Assembly: GCA_965248055.1 (NCBI GenBank)
Contig: CBDFIJ010000004.1
Coordinates: 3,104,001-3,168,000, forward strand
DNA: 64,000 nt
Origin: Candidatus Multivoradales bacterium
GTDB lineage: Bacteria > Acidobacteriota > Thermoanaerobaculia > Multivoradales > JAHEKO01
Reading direction: 5' to 3'
Below, piece by piece: positions 1 through 11,800 of this stretch; the stretch's first letter is position 1, and each line of letters starts with the position of its first letter. A program made the translations under genes and the position numbers. Under the pieces are notes generated by a model that ran no database searches, was not told the origin of the DNA, and was given only the letters and a program-made list of their open reading frames with translations.

Positions 1-912
1 CGGGTGAAGAAGCAGCTCAGATCTTGGGCAAGAGTCGAGCTACCCTTTACCGCTGGCGCAAACGCCTTGAGCGTGGCCCCCGACATCTAGAACCGATCTC
101 AAGCCGACCCAAGCGGGTGCGTAAGGCTGACTGGTCACCTGAATTGGTACAGAGAGTCGAAAGTCTCCGTCGAGACTTTCCTGCCTGGGGCAAGGAAACC
201 CTAGCGCCGCTGATCCAGGGCGAGGGCTTTGAGGTATCAGAAGCCACCGTCGGGCGTATCTTGCGCAAACTAATGGATCGAGGGGTAATCCACCGGGTAC
301 GCTACCGGCGCCAGAAGTACAAAAACTCCCGGCGTATGCGCCGGCTCCACGCTCAGCGACTGCCGAAATGGTGTCCCCGACCAACGCGCCCTGGCGAGCG
401 ACTGCAGATCGACACGCTGCATCTGGTCCCTGCTCCAGGCAAGTGGCTCAAACACTTTTCAGCCTCCTGTCCGGTCAGCCGGTGGACAGTGGGAGAGATC
501 TATCAACGTGCCACTTCTCGCTGTGCAGCACGCTTTCTAGACAAAGTCATTGCCGAGTGTCCGTTTGACATCACCTCGATCCAAGTGGACGGTGGTAGTG
601 AATTTATGGATGAATTTGAGAAAGCCTGCCGAGATAGAGGCATCACCCTCTATGTGCTGCCGCCAAAGAGTCCGAAGCTCAACGGCACCGTCGAACGAAT
701 GCAGGAAACCTGGAGAGGAGAGTTTTATGAAATGTATGAGCTACCCGATACTGTCTCGGCTTTGAGACCTTACATCCAGAGATTCCAGGACCTCTACAAC
801 ACCTACAGGCCGCACAAGAGCTTGAAAAGAAAACCCCCGGCAAGGTACCTTCTAAAGCTCGACCCAGGGGTCGTGCTCCCGCCAACTGTCTCAAAGGTAC
901 TGATCTAGGACA
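1..912 (+). mobile_element. IS481-family insertion sequence, left part cut by window edge
   Basis: Transposase ORF ends at 908; the end reads TGTCTCAAAGGTACTGATCTAGGACA, finishing in ACA at 912 as expected for IS481 (TGT...ACA termini). Confidence 0.8.
24..908 (+). CDS. IS481-family DDE transposase, true start probably upstream of window
   Basis: HTH (SRATLYRWRKR), rve core with LQIDT, IQVDGGSEF, NGTVER and YNTYRPHKSL motifs. Confidence 0.9.
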   Translation: MGKSRATLYRWRKRLERGPRHLEPISSRPKRVRKADWSPELVQRVESLRRDFPAWGKETLAPLIQGEGFEVSEATVGRILRKLMDRGVIHRVRYRRQKYKNSRRMRRLHAQRLPKWCPRPTRPGERLQIDTLHLVPAPGKWLKHFSASCPVSRWTVGEIYQRATSRCAARFLDKVIAECPFDITSIQVDGGSEFMDEFEKACRDRGITLYVLPPKSPKLNGTVERMQETWRGEFYEMYELPDTVSALRPYIQRFQDLYNTYRPHKSLKRKPPARYLLKLDPGVVLPPTVSKVLI

Positions 913-917
913 TCAAG

Positions 918-946
918 TTGGACTTGGTACCTAAATAGTGTATAGT
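918..946 (+). promoter_or_regulatory. Putative sigma70 promoter for giant gene copy 1
   Basis: TTGGAC (918-923), 17 bp spacer, TATAGT (941-946). Confidence 0.5.
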
Positions 947-1154
947 CCCTTTGTGCGACGTGGAGTCGCATTATTTTCAGGCCGACACATCGGGGGATCT
1001 GTCTGTCTGCTTTGAAGCACGTTTTAGCGCGTGCTGTTTTTTTCGTTTCTTAGGCTCAACCAAAAGCCCAAAGCCAACAGTCGGGGGTACGGAGTCGCGC
1101 TTAATCATAGCTCGGGAAAGCCGAGGGTGTGCAAAAAGAGTGAGGTATTGAGCG

Positions 1155-4100
1155 ATGACGATGGAATCCCACAACCATATGAACCGTGGACTGTGCAAAG
1201 CAAGGAGCTGCACTTTGGTGGCATGGGGCACCGGGGAGAGTAAGAAAATGAATAGAGCAAAATCTGTAGTCAATAAGATGTTCTGCATCGGCCCGGAGCG
1301 GCTGTCGCTTGCCACAATCCTGTCTTCAACTGCACCATGGGGATTTGAAATCAACCCGAAAGCAATCATAAAAGCCTTGTGCATGGCTGTTGTTTTTCTA
1401 GCAGCTAATCTTTTCGCGGCATCCGCGGCGCAGGCGCAGACCAATGTCGCCTTAAACAAAACCATCACTGGTTTCAGTTCGCAGGTCGACGGCACTACGT
1501 GGGCGGCAACCAACATCAATGATGGTGTGGTCAATTTGACCGATCGGGCTTGGGCTTCGGTGAACCAGGCTCCGAATTCAACTGGATTGGATGAATGGGT
1601 GAGCATTGACCTCGGTGCAGCGTATCTGCTGGATTCGTTGAGGGTCACGAGTGAGATTGTTACTGGTGGTTCCCGCAATATTAAAGACTACAATCTGTAT
1701 GGCAGCGCCACCGGCGACTTTGCGGGGGAGGAAACGCTCCTGTCGTCGGGCACGATTCCGCCATTGGGGGACATGGGGACCCACGACGTTTCGTTTACTC
1801 CCCAAGCGTTCCGCTACGTGAAACTCCAAGGCACATCGACCTATTTTATTGGCTCGAACATTTACGTTATCGTCGGTGAGTTGGCTCTTTTTGGTGAGTT
1901 GGTCCCAGACAGCGACGGCGACGGGGTCTTCGACGACGTCGACATTGATGACGACAACGACGGCATTCTGGACACCGTCGAGGGCGACGGCGCGGTGGAT
2001 ACCGACGGCGATGGCCTTGCCGACTCGCTGGATCTGGATTCCGATGGCGACGGGCTGCCCGATACCACGGAAGCTCAAGCCGGCACCATTACCGCCAGCG
2101 GCAACGACACTGACAACGACGGTTTGGACGACAACTTCGAGCCCGGCGGGCTGCCGGCGACCGCTCAGGATGCCGATGGCGACAGCACCCCCGACTGGCG
2201 TGACTTGAACGTGGCGCAGCTGGTGATCGAGAAAGTGGGCACGGCGCGAACCACTAGCTCCACCAGCGCCGTGGCCGAAGACGACCTGATCGATTGGGTG
2301 CTCAGCTATGACAACCAGACTGGCGGCACGATCAATAATGTGGTTTTGGGCGACGTGCTCTCCGGCGATCACAGCGTCGTCAGTAGCGATTTTCCAGATG
2401 GCTGGGGCTTCACAGCCGGAGAGTTCACCGCTGATCGGGTGGCCGGCGGCGGCTTCGGCCTCACTACTCCGCTGCCGGCGGTGCCCGCCGCGACCAACAT
2501 CAACTTCGGCAGCACCGGCGGCGATGGTTACGACCCGATTCTCGGTGCCGACGATGGCCGTATCTATATGACGTTTCACCATCAATCCTCCAACGGCGTA
2601 CTGCAGTGCGTTGATCCGGTAACCGGTACCGTCTGTGCTGGCTATACGGTGCTCTTGCGCCCCAACCTCATCAGTTCTACCAAAATAGGCCAGACGCCGG
2701 AGAACACGCTGTTTATCGGTAACCGTCTCTACTACCCCTATACCGATCCCACGTCGAGCGATTGGGGTCTGGGCTGTTTCGATGTTTCGGCCTATGACGG
2801 GGTGGATCCACTGACCGGCAATTGTGACAAAGACAGCAATTTCTCGGGCAGTGCCTGGGATGACGGCGGGGTGTCACTGGGCGGTGGCGGCGTAACCTCG
2901 GATCGTGGAGCCATCCAGGGACCGGTGTTGGCTGACGACGGCAATCTATACCTGTTCGACTACAACATGCTGATGCACTGCGTGCAGCCCGATGGCAACC
3001 TGTGTGCGACCACTGGCACCAATATGTCAACCGGCGATGCAAATCTATTTACCATTAGCGCAGATAGTCTTTACAGTGGTACGGCAATTGAGATGGAGTT
3101 ATGGCAAAACCGGATCTATTTCGGCGTGATGTACCATGACGTCACCGATGGCGGTGATCCCAACAATAGTAGTGTTGTGATTGGTTGTTTCGATATTGCC
3201 ACGGCAACAAATTGCTGGGGAACGTCCGCCATAGTCGATGATCTCTCTGGATTATCGATCGACGCGAGCACCTTCTCCAATATTCATATACGTTATGACC
3301 AAGCCGGGGCGGCGGATGCGGTATGTATCCTCAGTCGGGCCTATGATTCCACGCGCAACGCGGAAGGTTGTGCCAGTTTGACCGGCGTTGCCATCGCCAA
3401 CGATGACGCAACCTATTGTGCGGCTTATCCTGGGGGCACCTGCGTTCGCGGTATTCCGACCAATCTCGAAGCGCTGTTCCCCAATGTCAACCGGACCAAC
3501 GGCAGCGGTGGCGAAGTGCATCACAATGGCAGGACGTATTTCAACCGTTTCTTTACAGATGAAGTGTACTGCTGGGACTGGTTGGCGGCGCCTGGGGGGG
3601 CGCTGTGCGCCGACTTTGGGGTTGCTGGCTTAGTCACCGGACCCACGGGTGCCGAAACCTATGGTATTGCTCGTGACGAAGCGGGGTGTTTCTGGGTGCT
3701 GGGCGACAATAATAACCTGTGGAACTTCGATGTCTTGGGCAACTCGCCGTGTTTAATTGGCGAGATTTTCGCCGACGAGACGCTTACCCCGGCGAACACC
3801 TACTGTGCCACTGGCCCCAGCGCTTTGACCGATAACGGCGCGTTGTGGGAAAAACTCCGTCTGACGGATATTGACAGCGATCAATTCATCGCCTTGAGCG
3901 CGGATGTCTACGACCTCACCGGCGCGCTGGTTACCCATTGCGACTTCAAGGCCGATACCTGTAGCAACGGCTTCACTGTGGTCGACAGCGGCTTTGAGGA
4001 GACGGTGGATCTGAGCTCTCTCAGCGTGGCCGGCAACAACCTGGAACTAAGGGTTGAGTTTGCCGCCCAGGTGCCCCTGGGTACCGACCTGGAAGCACTC

Positions 4101-7100
4101 GGCCGTTCGCCGCAATTTGATCTCACCTGGGACTACCCCGGCACCGCGCCGCCGCTTGAGCTGTGTCTGGTGACCGATCCCGGCCCCACCAGTTGCCCGG
4201 TCTCCGGCAGCGACTTTGCCGCCAACAGCGCTACGGTGCAACTGCAAGGCTCGCCCAACCCCGACGACAGCGCCGGACCGGTGTCGCTGGACATTATTCC
4301 CTCCACCACCGCTGCTACTTGCAGCATGGACTATGGCGATGCGCCGGACAGCTACGGTGCGCTGCTGGCCAGTGATGGGGCGAGGCATGCGCTTCAAACC
4401 GGAACCTTAGCGCGCTATGTGCGGATCATGAAATCGGGCAATAACACATTCGATGATCTGATTAATTTGGCAGAGGTTGAGGTGCTTGATGCTGGCGGTG
4501 TCAACCGGGCGTTGGCCAGCATGGGCGCAACGGCCAGCCAAAATTCCACCTTTAACTCTTCAACTTTGGCTTTGAATTGCAACGACGGCAATACCACCGG
4601 GAGTGGAGGGGCTAGTAACATATGTGCTACCGCTGGCACTACCGCCAACGACTGGTGGGAAGTGGATTTAGGCGCGGTTTACAACATCGCTGAAATAAAT
4701 ATCTTCAATCGTGACGACGGTGCCGAAGAACGCTTGAGCAATGTGTATGTACTGGCGGCGGATACCGCCTTTCCCGGGACCACCAACCTGACCGATGCGC
4801 GCAACAACGCCGATTTCGAATTTCAGCTCGGCGAAGTTATAGCCGCCAACCCGGACCGCACAGTGACGGTAACGGGGGGCACCGCCCCGACACTGACTCT
4901 GGGCCCGACGGTGGACAACGAGGCAGACGGCCAGCCGAGTGGCACGGCCACGGACGACGGCGCGGATGAGGATGGTTCGGTTTTTCGATCGCCTGCCGGA
5001 ACGAGTCATTCGATCTTCGGAGATGTAACAGTCAACAACGCGACAGGGGGCTCGGTGACGGTGTGTGCTTGGCTGGACCTGCCTTCAGGGGGCAGCGTAG
5101 ACGGTGCGTTCGGCGCCTCAGACGGCCAGTGCCAGACGACCAGCGCGAGCAATCCGACGCTAACGTTTCAATGGTCGGGTCTGCCGGATGACCAGACTTA
5201 TGCGACCTACGCTCGTTTCCGAGTGAGTTCGTCGGCGATGACGACCTCTCAGGCGACGGGAGCCTTTGCGGACGGCGAGATCGAGGACTACCTGGTGAAC
5301 TTCGATTTCACGCCGACGCGGGCGACGGTGAAGGGATTGAGGGCTCGCTTGCTGCCCGCCGGTTCGCTGCGGGAGGTGGCAGGGCTAGCGAGTCTGGTGG
5401 AAGGGATTGCGGATTCCCAGCTGGTGGCTGTGGTGGAGTGGGAGACGGTGATGGAGCAGGGCACCAGCGGGTTTGACCTGGAGCGTCGTGGCGAGAATGG
5501 TTCTTGGCAGAAGCTCAACAATCAGATGCTTCCGGGCTTGGTGGTCTCTCGCCAGGGTGGTGAATATCTGTGGGTCGACACCGAGGTTAGCGAAGGCAAG
5601 GTTTCCTACCGCTTGGTTGAGCACGAGGTCTGGGGTACCGAGTTGATGCACGGCCCTTGGAAGGTCGACTTGAAAGCTCCTTTGCCGGGCAAGGGTCGAG
5701 GTCCGTCCAAGTCCATGCAACCTTCGATTTCAGAGGGTGGCAGCTCGAACGGTGTGCTCGAGTGGTGGGCCTGGGAAAAGCTCGACAGGCGTTTTGCTGG
5801 TCGTGGTCGCTCGGCTCCGCTGCCCGATGAGGAAGAAGTAGCGACGCGTTTGCGCCAGCGCACGGCCCAGCGCCAGATCCAGTTGAAGCAAAGAGCTGGG
5901 GCCGCAGCGCTTGCTGACAAGTCTGCAAGCACCGTCGGTAGCGGCGGTCGCCAGGCTGGGCTAGGCGCAGGTGTTGGATCTCGGGATGGAAACAACTTGA
6001 TCAAATCCAGGCCCAAAGGCAGCGCTCGCCTAGTGACCGATGGTTCCGGTTGGTACAGCGCACAGGTTGCCGATCTCGCAGCGGCTCTGGGAGCGCCGAG
6101 CGCTAAGGTCAGTGCGTTGTTACGCAAAAGTCACTTGGGTCTTTCGATGGGTGGCCAAGAAGTTCCTTATAGCTACGATGGCGGCAGTACGATCTACTTG
6201 GTCGGTTATCCGTATCAGAATCTGGATACTTTCTCGAATGCCTACCAGTTGGGGCGCAGTCGTGGCACAGCGATGGCTGTGACCAGCGGAAGTGGTCCGT
6301 CCTCTGGGGTTGCCGGAACCTTCCGGGATACCTTGGTTGCCGAGCAAGAAGTGTGGTTGCTACCTTGGGCGACGCGGGAAGAGGGTGGAGATACTTGGTA
6401 TTGGGATTTCACCTACGCCCCGTACACGCCGGAAACGGTCTTGAGCTTCGATCTTCCCGACGCCGCAGCGGCTGGGACCGCTGACCTCCGCATCGCTTTG
6501 CGCGGCGCCAGCAAAAATGGTTCGGCACAGGATCATCACGCCTGGGTTTCGGTCAACGGGCAGGTACTGCCAGGCAGCGTGACCTGGGACGCCTACGGCT
6601 TGGTAACCCTGGAAACCAGTTTTGACCAGAGCCTGCTGGCTGGTGGCAATACCGTGACCTTGACGGTACACGCACAAGCCGGTGGCGACGCAACCTACAG
6701 TTTGGTGCTGGTCGATGACGTTCAAGTTTCCTTTGAGCGCAAGATGAGGGCCAAGGAAGGTTCTTTATGGGTGCGTAATGCAAGTACTGGAGTGATGACG
6801 GTAGAAGGCTTTGAGTCTGCCGACATCCGGGTTATTGAATTGAGTCAAGGCACCTCGGCAACCGAGCGGCAAAATTTGACGGTTGGTGCCGACGGCTTGG
6901 GCGGCTGGCAGGTGAGCTTCCGCGGTAAGAATGGCCGGGATTACTTGGTGGTCGACCGCGCTCGCCCGGCATTGGTGGAAGCTGAGGTGGCTTCATCGCT
7001 CAAGAACCGTGGTTTAAGTGCTGAGTACCTGATCATCGCCCCTGAGTCGCTGGCTGAAGGTGCCCAGGCACTCAAGGATTACCGTTCCAACCGCTTTTCG

Positions 7101-8042
7101 ACCCAGATCGTCTGGTTGCAAGACATCTACGATGAGTTCAGCTACGGTCGCACCGATTCGGCGGCGATCGAGGCCTTCTTGGCCAGCGTCTACGCCAAGT
7201 CACCACAACCCCCGCTCTACGTAGTCCTGCTGGGGCGAGGAACGCTGGATCATCGCGATTTGCAGGGTTACGGCGAAAGCCTGATTCCGTTGCGACTCGC
7301 GGTCACTCCTTGGGGCCTGTATTCGAGCGATAACCGCTACGCGGACATCAATGGCGACAAGCGGCCTGAGTTCTCTGTCGGTCGTATCCAGGCAATGACC
7401 AACGCCGAAGTGCTGACTTATGTCAACAAACTGGCGGCTTACGAGGCTGGTGTTGGTACCGGTAGCGCCCTAGTGCTGGCGGACAATCCAGACGCTGCTG
7501 GAGACTTCCACGCCAACAGTGAAAAGACTGCGGCGAACCTCAGGTCCTACGGAGTGACGGTCGACAAGCTGTACCATCCGACGGATGCGGTGCGCACCGA
7601 TCTGTTGAGTGGTTGGGCAGCCGGCGACTGGTCGTTGATTGTCTACGACGGCCACGGTGCATCCACCCAGTTGGGTAGTGAGGCCTATCTCAAGTCTAGC
7701 GACGTTGCCGGCTTGACCAACGGCTCGGCACTGCCGGTGTTTTCCGCCTGGACCTGTGCTGCTGGGGACAGCACTAGCCCCGGGATCATGGGTCTGGCAG
7801 ATAGCTTGGTGCTGTCGTCAGGTGGTGGTGCGATCGCGGCGGTGGCCCCTGCTGGCTTGTCCTTGGATGCCCCAGCCCAACGGTTGAGTCAGTCGTTTCT
7901 CAATTCCCTGGTGGGTCGTGGCGAGACCGTGGGTCAGGCGTTTGTCCGTGCCCACGAGCAAGGGGAAGCGGAAGGTCTGTCTCCCTGGATGCTGGACATC
8001 TACCTGGTGTCGGGCGACCCGGCGGTCAACCTGCAGGACTAG
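1155..8042 (+). CDS. Giant secreted lectin/adhesin-C25 cysteine peptidase, copy 1; start uncertain because the paralogous ATG is ATC at 1350
   Basis: Signal peptide ending AQA-Q; F5/8-type C domain (NVALNK...EWVSIDLG...FRYVKL); DxDxDG repeats; second discoidin/F-type lectin (WWEVDLG...NRDD...ERL); DYGDAP...GEIEDY (GEVED); C25 peptidase with GHG (His 7653) and WTC (Cys 7755), ending GDP. Confidence 0.85.
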   Translation: MTMESHNHMNRGLCKARSCTLVAWGTGESKKMNRAKSVVNKMFCIGPERLSLATILSSTAPWGFEINPKAIIKALCMAVVFLAANLFAASAAQAQTNVALNKTITGFSSQVDGTTWAATNINDGVVNLTDRAWASVNQAPNSTGLDEWVSIDLGAAYLLDSLRVTSEIVTGGSRNIKDYNLYGSATGDFAGEETLLSSGTIPPLGDMGTHDVSFTPQAFRYVKLQGTSTYFIGSNIYVIVGELALFGELVPDSDGDGVFDDVDIDDDNDGILDTVEGDGAVDTDGDGLADSLDLDSDGDGLPDTTEAQAGTITASGNDTDNDGLDDNFEPGGLPATAQDADGDSTPDWRDLNVAQLVIEKVGTARTTSSTSAVAEDDLIDWVLSYDNQTGGTINNVVLGDVLSGDHSVVSSDFPDGWGFTAGEFTADRVAGGGFGLTTPLPAVPAATNINFGSTGGDGYDPILGADDGRIYMTFHHQSSNGVLQCVDPVTGTVCAGYTVLLRPNLISSTKIGQTPENTLFIGNRLYYPYTDPTSSDWGLGCFDVSAYDGVDPLTGNCDKDSNFSGSAWDDGGVSLGGGGVTSDRGAIQGPVLADDGNLYLFDYNMLMHCVQPDGNLCATTGTNMSTGDANLFTISADSLYSGTAIEMELWQNRIYFGVMYHDVTDGGDPNNSSVVIGCFDIATATNCWGTSAIVDDLSGLSIDASTFSNIHIRYDQAGAADAVCILSRAYDSTRNAEGCASLTGVAIANDDATYCAAYPGGTCVRGIPTNLEALFPNVNRTNGSGGEVHHNGRTYFNRFFTDEVYCWDWLAAPGGALCADFGVAGLVTGPTGAETYGIARDEAGCFWVLGDNNNLWNFDVLGNSPCLIGEIFADETLTPANTYCATGPSALTDNGALWEKLRLTDIDSDQFIALSADVYDLTGALVTHCDFKADTCSNGFTVVDSGFEETVDLSSLSVAGNNLELRVEFAAQVPLGTDLEALGRSPQFDLTWDYPGTAPPLELCLVTDPGPTSCPVSGSDFAANSATVQLQGSPNPDDSAGPVSLDIIPSTTAATCSMDYGDAPDSYGALLASDGARHALQTGTLARYVRIMKSGNNTFDDLINLAEVEVLDAGGVNRALASMGATASQNSTFNSSTLALNCNDGNTTGSGGASNICATAGTTANDWWEVDLGAVYNIAEINIFNRDDGAEERLSNVYVLAADTAFPGTTNLTDARNNADFEFQLGEVIAANPDRTVTVTGGTAPTLTLGPTVDNEADGQPSGTATDDGADEDGSVFRSPAGTSHSIFGDVTVNNATGGSVTVCAWLDLPSGGSVDGAFGASDGQCQTTSASNPTLTFQWSGLPDDQTYATYARFRVSSSAMTTSQATGAFADGEIEDYLVNFDFTPTRATVKGLRARLLPAGSLREVAGLASLVEGIADSQLVAVVEWETVMEQGTSGFDLERRGENGSWQKLNNQMLPGLVVSRQGGEYLWVDTEVSEGKVSYRLVEHEVWGTELMHGPWKVDLKAPLPGKGRGPSKSMQPSISEGGSSNGVLEWWAWEKLDRRFAGRGRSAPLPDEEEVATRLRQRTAQRQIQLKQRAGAAALADKSASTVGSGGRQAGLGAGVGSRDGNNLIKSRPKGSARLVTDGSGWYSAQVADLAAALGAPSAKVSALLRKSHLGLSMGGQEVPYSYDGGSTIYLVGYPYQNLDTFSNAYQLGRSRGTAMAVTSGSGPSSGVAGTFRDTLVAEQEVWLLPWATREEGGDTWYWDFTYAPYTPETVLSFDLPDAAAAGTADLRIALRGASKNGSAQDHHAWVSVNGQVLPGSVTWDAYGLVTLETSFDQSLLAGGNTVTLTVHAQAGGDATYSLVLVDDVQVSFERKMRAKEGSLWVRNASTGVMTVEGFESADIRVIELSQGTSATERQNLTVGADGLGGWQVSFRGKNGRDYLVVDRARPALVEAEVASSLKNRGLSAEYLIIAPESLAEGAQALKDYRSNRFSTQIVWLQDIYDEFSYGRTDSAAIEAFLASVYAKSPQPPLYVVLLGRGTLDHRDLQGYGESLIPLRLAVTPWGLYSSDNRYADINGDKRPEFSVGRIQAMTNAEVLTYVNKLAAYEAGVGTGSALVLADNPDAAGDFHANSEKTAANLRSYGVTVDKLYHPTDAVRTDLLSGWAAGDWSLIVYDGHGASTQLGSEAYLKSSDVAGLTNGSALPVFSAWTCAAGDSTSPGIMGLADSLVLSSGGGAIAAVAPAGLSLDAPAQRLSQSFLNSLVGRGETVGQAFVRAHEQGEAEGLSPWMLDIYLVSGDPAVNLQD

Positions 8043-8048
8043 TTGTTA

Positions 8049-8234
8049 TTAAGAAGGGGACACAATACCCCCTAATCAGAAAACTCAATTCCGAATCAAA
8101 GAATCGCGGATCGGTGGAAACGGGTTTTGTTAAGAAAGGGGACACAATACCCCCTAATCAGAAAACTCGATTCGATTCAAAGAATCGTGGATCAATGGAA
8201 ACGGGTTTGGGTTGCAAATAGGGTTTGTGTCCCC
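8049..8234. repeat. GGGGACACA...TGTGTCCCC element: two ~80 bp direct units plus inverted end
   Basis: TTAAGA(A)AGGGGACACAATACCCCCTAATCAGAAA...GGAAACGGGTTT at ~8049 and ~8130, closed by GGGTTTGTGTCCCC at 8221-8234. Confidence 0.85.
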
Positions 8235-8397
8235 GTCTTGTCCGAAGGGCGGCGGCTTGGTGGTCGGGGATCTACTTCACACAGGTGTCAGATCCCGGCT
8301 CCACACCTGCCGTATCCATCCGCCGCTCCCCATCCGCCTCGCACCTCTGAGTGTGTCGAGTGGACCTCGATTAATGTTGTTATGTATGATCCATCAC

Positions 8398-8413
8398 AGT
8401 GGCGGGGGTCACA
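8398..8413. promoter_or_regulatory. Degenerate CRP/FNR-like box in an ~80 bp block shared with the copy 3 upstream region
   Basis: AGTGG-N6-TCACA; homologous to AGTGA-N6-TCACA at 16282. Confidence 0.3.
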
Positions 8414-8804
8414 TCTGATTTTGGGCGGAAGTTGTGCGATCTATTGTCGTAATTTGACATAGTGAAAGTACTGTTTTGTAGCGGGGGCTGCAGCGAGAAA
8501 TCAAAAAATGAGTGGAACAAGAAGCGTGGTTGAGGTGCTTGTGGGTCTGGCTTTGGGGCGATGGATGGGAAACGTGCATAGTGCAATTCTGGCGTATGTT
8601 TTCGGGGTTACGCATTTGCATGGGGCCGGTTGGCTGGAGTCCGGTGTGAATAAGAGTTGTGAAGTGAGAGTAATACAAATGTTGCGGCGGGGAGGTACCA
8701 TGACAAGAACGAGAAGAAAAGAAAAATGCCCCGGTGTCGCCTTCGCACCGGAGCGGCTGTCGCTTGCCACAATCCTGTCTTCAACTGCACCATGGGGATT
8801 TGAA

Positions 8805-11800
8805 ATGAACCCGAAAGCAATCATAAAAGCCTTGTGCATGGCTGTTGTTTTTCTAGCAGCTAATCTTTTCGCCGCATCCGCGGCGCAGGCGCAGACCAAT
8901 GTCGCCTTAAACAAAACCATCACTGGTTTCAGTTCGCAGGTCAACGGCACTATGTGGGCGGCAACCAACATCAATGATGGTGTGGTCAATTTGACCGATC
9001 GGGCTTGGGCTTCGGTGAACCAGGCTCCGAATTCAACTGGATTGGATGAATGGGTGAGCATTGACCTCGGTGCAGCGTATCTGCTGGATTCGTTGAGGGT
9101 CACGAGTGAGATTGTTACTGGTGGTTCCCGCAATATTAAAGACTACAATCTGTATGGCAGCGCCACCGGCGACTTTGCGGGGGAGGAAACGCTCCTGTCG
9201 TCGGGCACGATTCCGCCATTGGGGGACATGGGGACCCACGACGTTTCGTTTACTCCCCAAGCGTTCCGCTACGTGAAACTCCAAGGCACATCGACCTATT
9301 TTATTGGCTCGAACATTTACGTTATCGTCGGTGAGTTGGCTCTTTTTGGTGGGCTGGACAGCGACGCTGACGGGGTCATTGACGACGTCGACATCGACGA
9401 CGACAACGACGGCATTCTGGACACCGACGAGGGCGACGGCGCGGTGGATACCGACGGCGATGGCCTTGCCGACTCTTTGGATCTGGATGCCGATGGCGAC
9501 GGGCTGCCCGATACCACGGAAGCTCAAGCCGGCACCATTACCGCCAGCGGCAACGACACTGACAACGACGGTTTGGACGACAACTTCGAGCCCGGCGGTC
9601 TGCCGGCCACCGCTCAGGATGCCGATGGCGACAGCACCCCCGACTGGCGTGACTTGAACGTGGCGCAGCTGGTGATCGAGAAAGTGGGCACGGCGCGAAC
9701 CACTGGCTCCACCACCGCCGTGGCCGAAGACGACCTGATCGATTGGGTGCTCAGCTATGACAACCAGAGTGGCGGCACGATCAATAATGTGGTTTTGGGC
9801 GACGTGCTCTCCGGCGATCACAGCGTCGTCAGTAGCGATGTTCCCGACGGCTGGGTTTTCACAGCCGGAGAGTTCACCGCCGATCGGGTGGCCGGCGGCG
9901 GCTTCGGCCTCACTACTCCGCTACCAGCCGTGCCCACCATGAGCAACATCAACTTCGGCAGCACCGGCGGCGATGGTTACGACCCGATTCTCGGTGCCGA
10001 CGATGGCCGTATCTATATGACGTTTCACCATCAATCCTCCGGCGGCGTGTTGCAGTGCGTTGATCCGGTAACCGGTACCGTCTGTGCTGGTTATACGGTG
10101 CTCTTGCGCCCCAACCTCATCAGCTCTACCAAAATAGGCCATACGCCGGAGAACACGCTGTTTATCGGCAACCGTCTCTACTACCCCTATACCGATCCCA
10201 GCTCCAGCGATTGGGGTCTGGGCTGTTTCGATGTTTCGGCCTATGACGGGGTGGATCCACTGACCGGCAATTGTGACAAAGACAGCAATTTCTCGGGCAG
10301 TGCCTGGGATGACGGCGGGGTGTCACTGGGCGGTGGCGGCGTAACCTCGGATCGTGGAGCCATCCAGGGACCGGTGTTGGCTGACGACGGCAATCTATAC
10401 CTGCTCGACTACAACATGCTGATGCACTGCGTGCAGCCCGATGGCAACCTGTGTGCGACCACTGGCACCAATCTGTCAACCGGCGATGCAAATCTATTTA
10501 CCATTAGCGCAGATAGTCTTTACAGTGGTACGGCAATTGAGATGGAGTTATGGCAGAACCGGATCTATTTCGGCGTGATGTACCATGACGTCACCGATGG
10601 CGGTGATCCCAACAATAGTAGTGTTGTGATTGGCTGTTTCGATATTGCCACGGCAACAAATTGCTGGGGAACGTCCGCCATAGTCGATGATCTCTCTGGA
10701 TTATCGATCGACGCGAGCACCTTCTCCAATATTCATATACGTTATGACCAAGCCGGGGCGGCGGATGCGGTATGTATCCTCAGTCGGGCCTATGATTCCA
10801 CGCGCAACGCGGAAGGTTGTGCCAGTTTGACCGGCGTTGCCATCGCCAACGATGACGCAACCTATTGTGCGGCTTATCCTGGGGGCACCTGCGTTCGCGG
10901 TATTCCGACCAATCTCGAAGCGCTGTTCCCCAATGTCAACCGGACCAACGGCAGCGGTGGCGAAGTGCATCACAATGGCAGGACGTATTTCAACCGTTTC
11001 TTTACAGATGAAGTGTACTGCTGGGACTGGTTGGCGGCGCCTGGGGGGGCGCTGTGCGCCGACTTTGGGGTTGCTGGCTTAGTCACCGGACCCACGGGTG
11101 CCGAAACCTATGGTATTGCTCGTGACGAAGCGGGGTGTTTCTGGGTGCTGGGCGACAATAATAACCTGTGGAACTTCGATGTCTTGGGCAACTCGCCGTG
11201 TTTAATTGCCGAGATTTTCGCTGAAGACACGCTTACCCCGGCGAACGCCTACTGTTCCACTGGCGCCAGCGCCTTGACCGATAACGGCGCGTTGTGGGAA
11301 GAAGTACATCTGACGGATATTGACAGCGATCAATTTATCGCCTTGAGCGCGGATGTCTACGACCTCACCGGCGCGCTGCTTACCCATTGCGACTTCAAGG
11401 CCGATACCTGTACCAACGGCTTCACTGTGGTCGACAGCGGCTTTGAGGAGACGGTGGATCTGAGCTCTCTCAGCGTGGCCGGCAACAACCTGGAACTAAG
11501 CGTTGAGTTTGCCGCCCAGGTGCCCCTGGGTACCGACCTGGAAGCACTCGGCCGTTCGCCGGAGTTTGATCTCACTTGGGGCTTCCCCGGCACCGCGCCG
11601 CCGCTTGAGCTGTGTCTGGTGACCGATCCCGGCCCCACCAGTTGCCCGGTCTCCGGCAGCGACTTTGCCGCCAACAGCGCTACGGTGCAATTGCGAGGCG
11701 CACCCAACCCCGACGACAGCGCCGGACCGGTGTCGCTGGACATTATTCCCTCCACCACCGCTGCTACTTGCAGCATGGACTATGGCGATGCGCCGGACAG

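Noticed and set aside
7900-8042. T9SS C-terminal sorting domain on the C25 proteins
   Set aside because: The proteins end a few residues after the C25 GDP motif.
8049-8234. CRISPR or integron attC array from the ~80 bp repeats
   Set aside because: Only 1-2 units per site, no spacers, no RYYYAAC/GTTRRRY ends and no integrase in the window.
8508-8804. Long N-terminal extensions of the giant ORFs (also 1155-1349)
   Set aside because: Not conserved among copies; the SD and signal peptide point to MNPKAIIK.
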